From Chiloscyllium plagiosum (Eukaryota), in assembly GCF_004010195.1 (NCBI RefSeq), contig NC_057754.1:2199238-2261396 (forward strand): a stretch of DNA of 62,159 bases, in the 5' to 3' direction. Positions 61,901 to 62,159 of the stretch are shown here, piece by piece; positions within the stretch are counted from its first letter, which is position 1, and the number at the start of each line of letters is the position of its first letter. Below the pieces are notes generated by a model. The model had not been told where the DNA came from, made no database searches, and saw nothing but the letters and a program-made list of their open reading frames with translations. A program made the translations under genes and the position numbers.

Positions 61901-62159
61901 TGTCCACTGTCCAACCCCGCCCCGGACCCACTGCCCAACCCCGCTCCAGGGCCCACTGTCCGACCCTGCCCCGGGCCCATTGTCCGACCCCGCTCCGGGC
62001 CCACTGTCTGACTCTGCCCCGGGCCCACTGTCTGACCCCGCCACAGGCCCACTGTCTGACCCCGCCCCAGGCCCACTGACCAACCCCGCTCCAGAGCCCA
62101 CTGTCCAGCCCCACCCCAGGCCCACTGCCTGACCCCGCCCCGGGCCCACTGTCCGACCC
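58905..62159. repeat. GC/CpG-rich 24-bp satellite, ~135 units, continues past the window end
   Basis: Unit GGGCCCACTGTCCGACCCCGCCCC; 8-aa periodicity GPLSDPAP / GAGSDSGP. Confidence 0.97.

Noticed and set aside
58877..62149. Long ORFs up to 1064 aa (GAGSDSGP, GPLSDPAP repeats), resembling fibroin or collagen
   Set aside because: The 24-bp unit lacks stops in most frames on both strands, frames shift along the array, and there is no unique domain

Overview
Vertebrate nuclear DNA, almost certainly from a shark, inferred from HE1-type V-SINEs, HER1/CR1-type LINEs and Deu-domain SINEs. It looks intronic or intergenic and I cannot support any host protein-coding gene: the long ORFs come from tandem repeats with 24- or 45-bp units or are broken LINE reverse-transcriptase fragments. 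A large part of the window is dispersed repeat, often nested: several CR1 families, a second CR1/L2-group LINE (my label LINE-B) with a partner tRNA-type SINE (SINE-B), Rex1/Babar and L2 remnants, and two solo LTRs. The most notable hidden system is about a dozen short, often palindromic Penelope-like (PLE) inserts of four sequence families. Many have 11-13 bp target-site duplications (TSDs) and most carry a minimal hammerhead ribozyme core (CTGANGA-stem II-GAAAC-NUH); five family-A copies stop at the same point beside that core. Also present: a 45-bp G-rich minisatellite, a 24-bp minisatellite, a >3.2 kb CpG-rich 24-bp satellite running off the window end, an old ~170-bp duplication (37.2 vs 56.7 kb), and several repeat-free, homeobox-motif-rich blocks that may be conserved enhancers. 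All boundaries were read by eye; those of old repeats are approximate, and family names come from recalled consensus features, not database searches.
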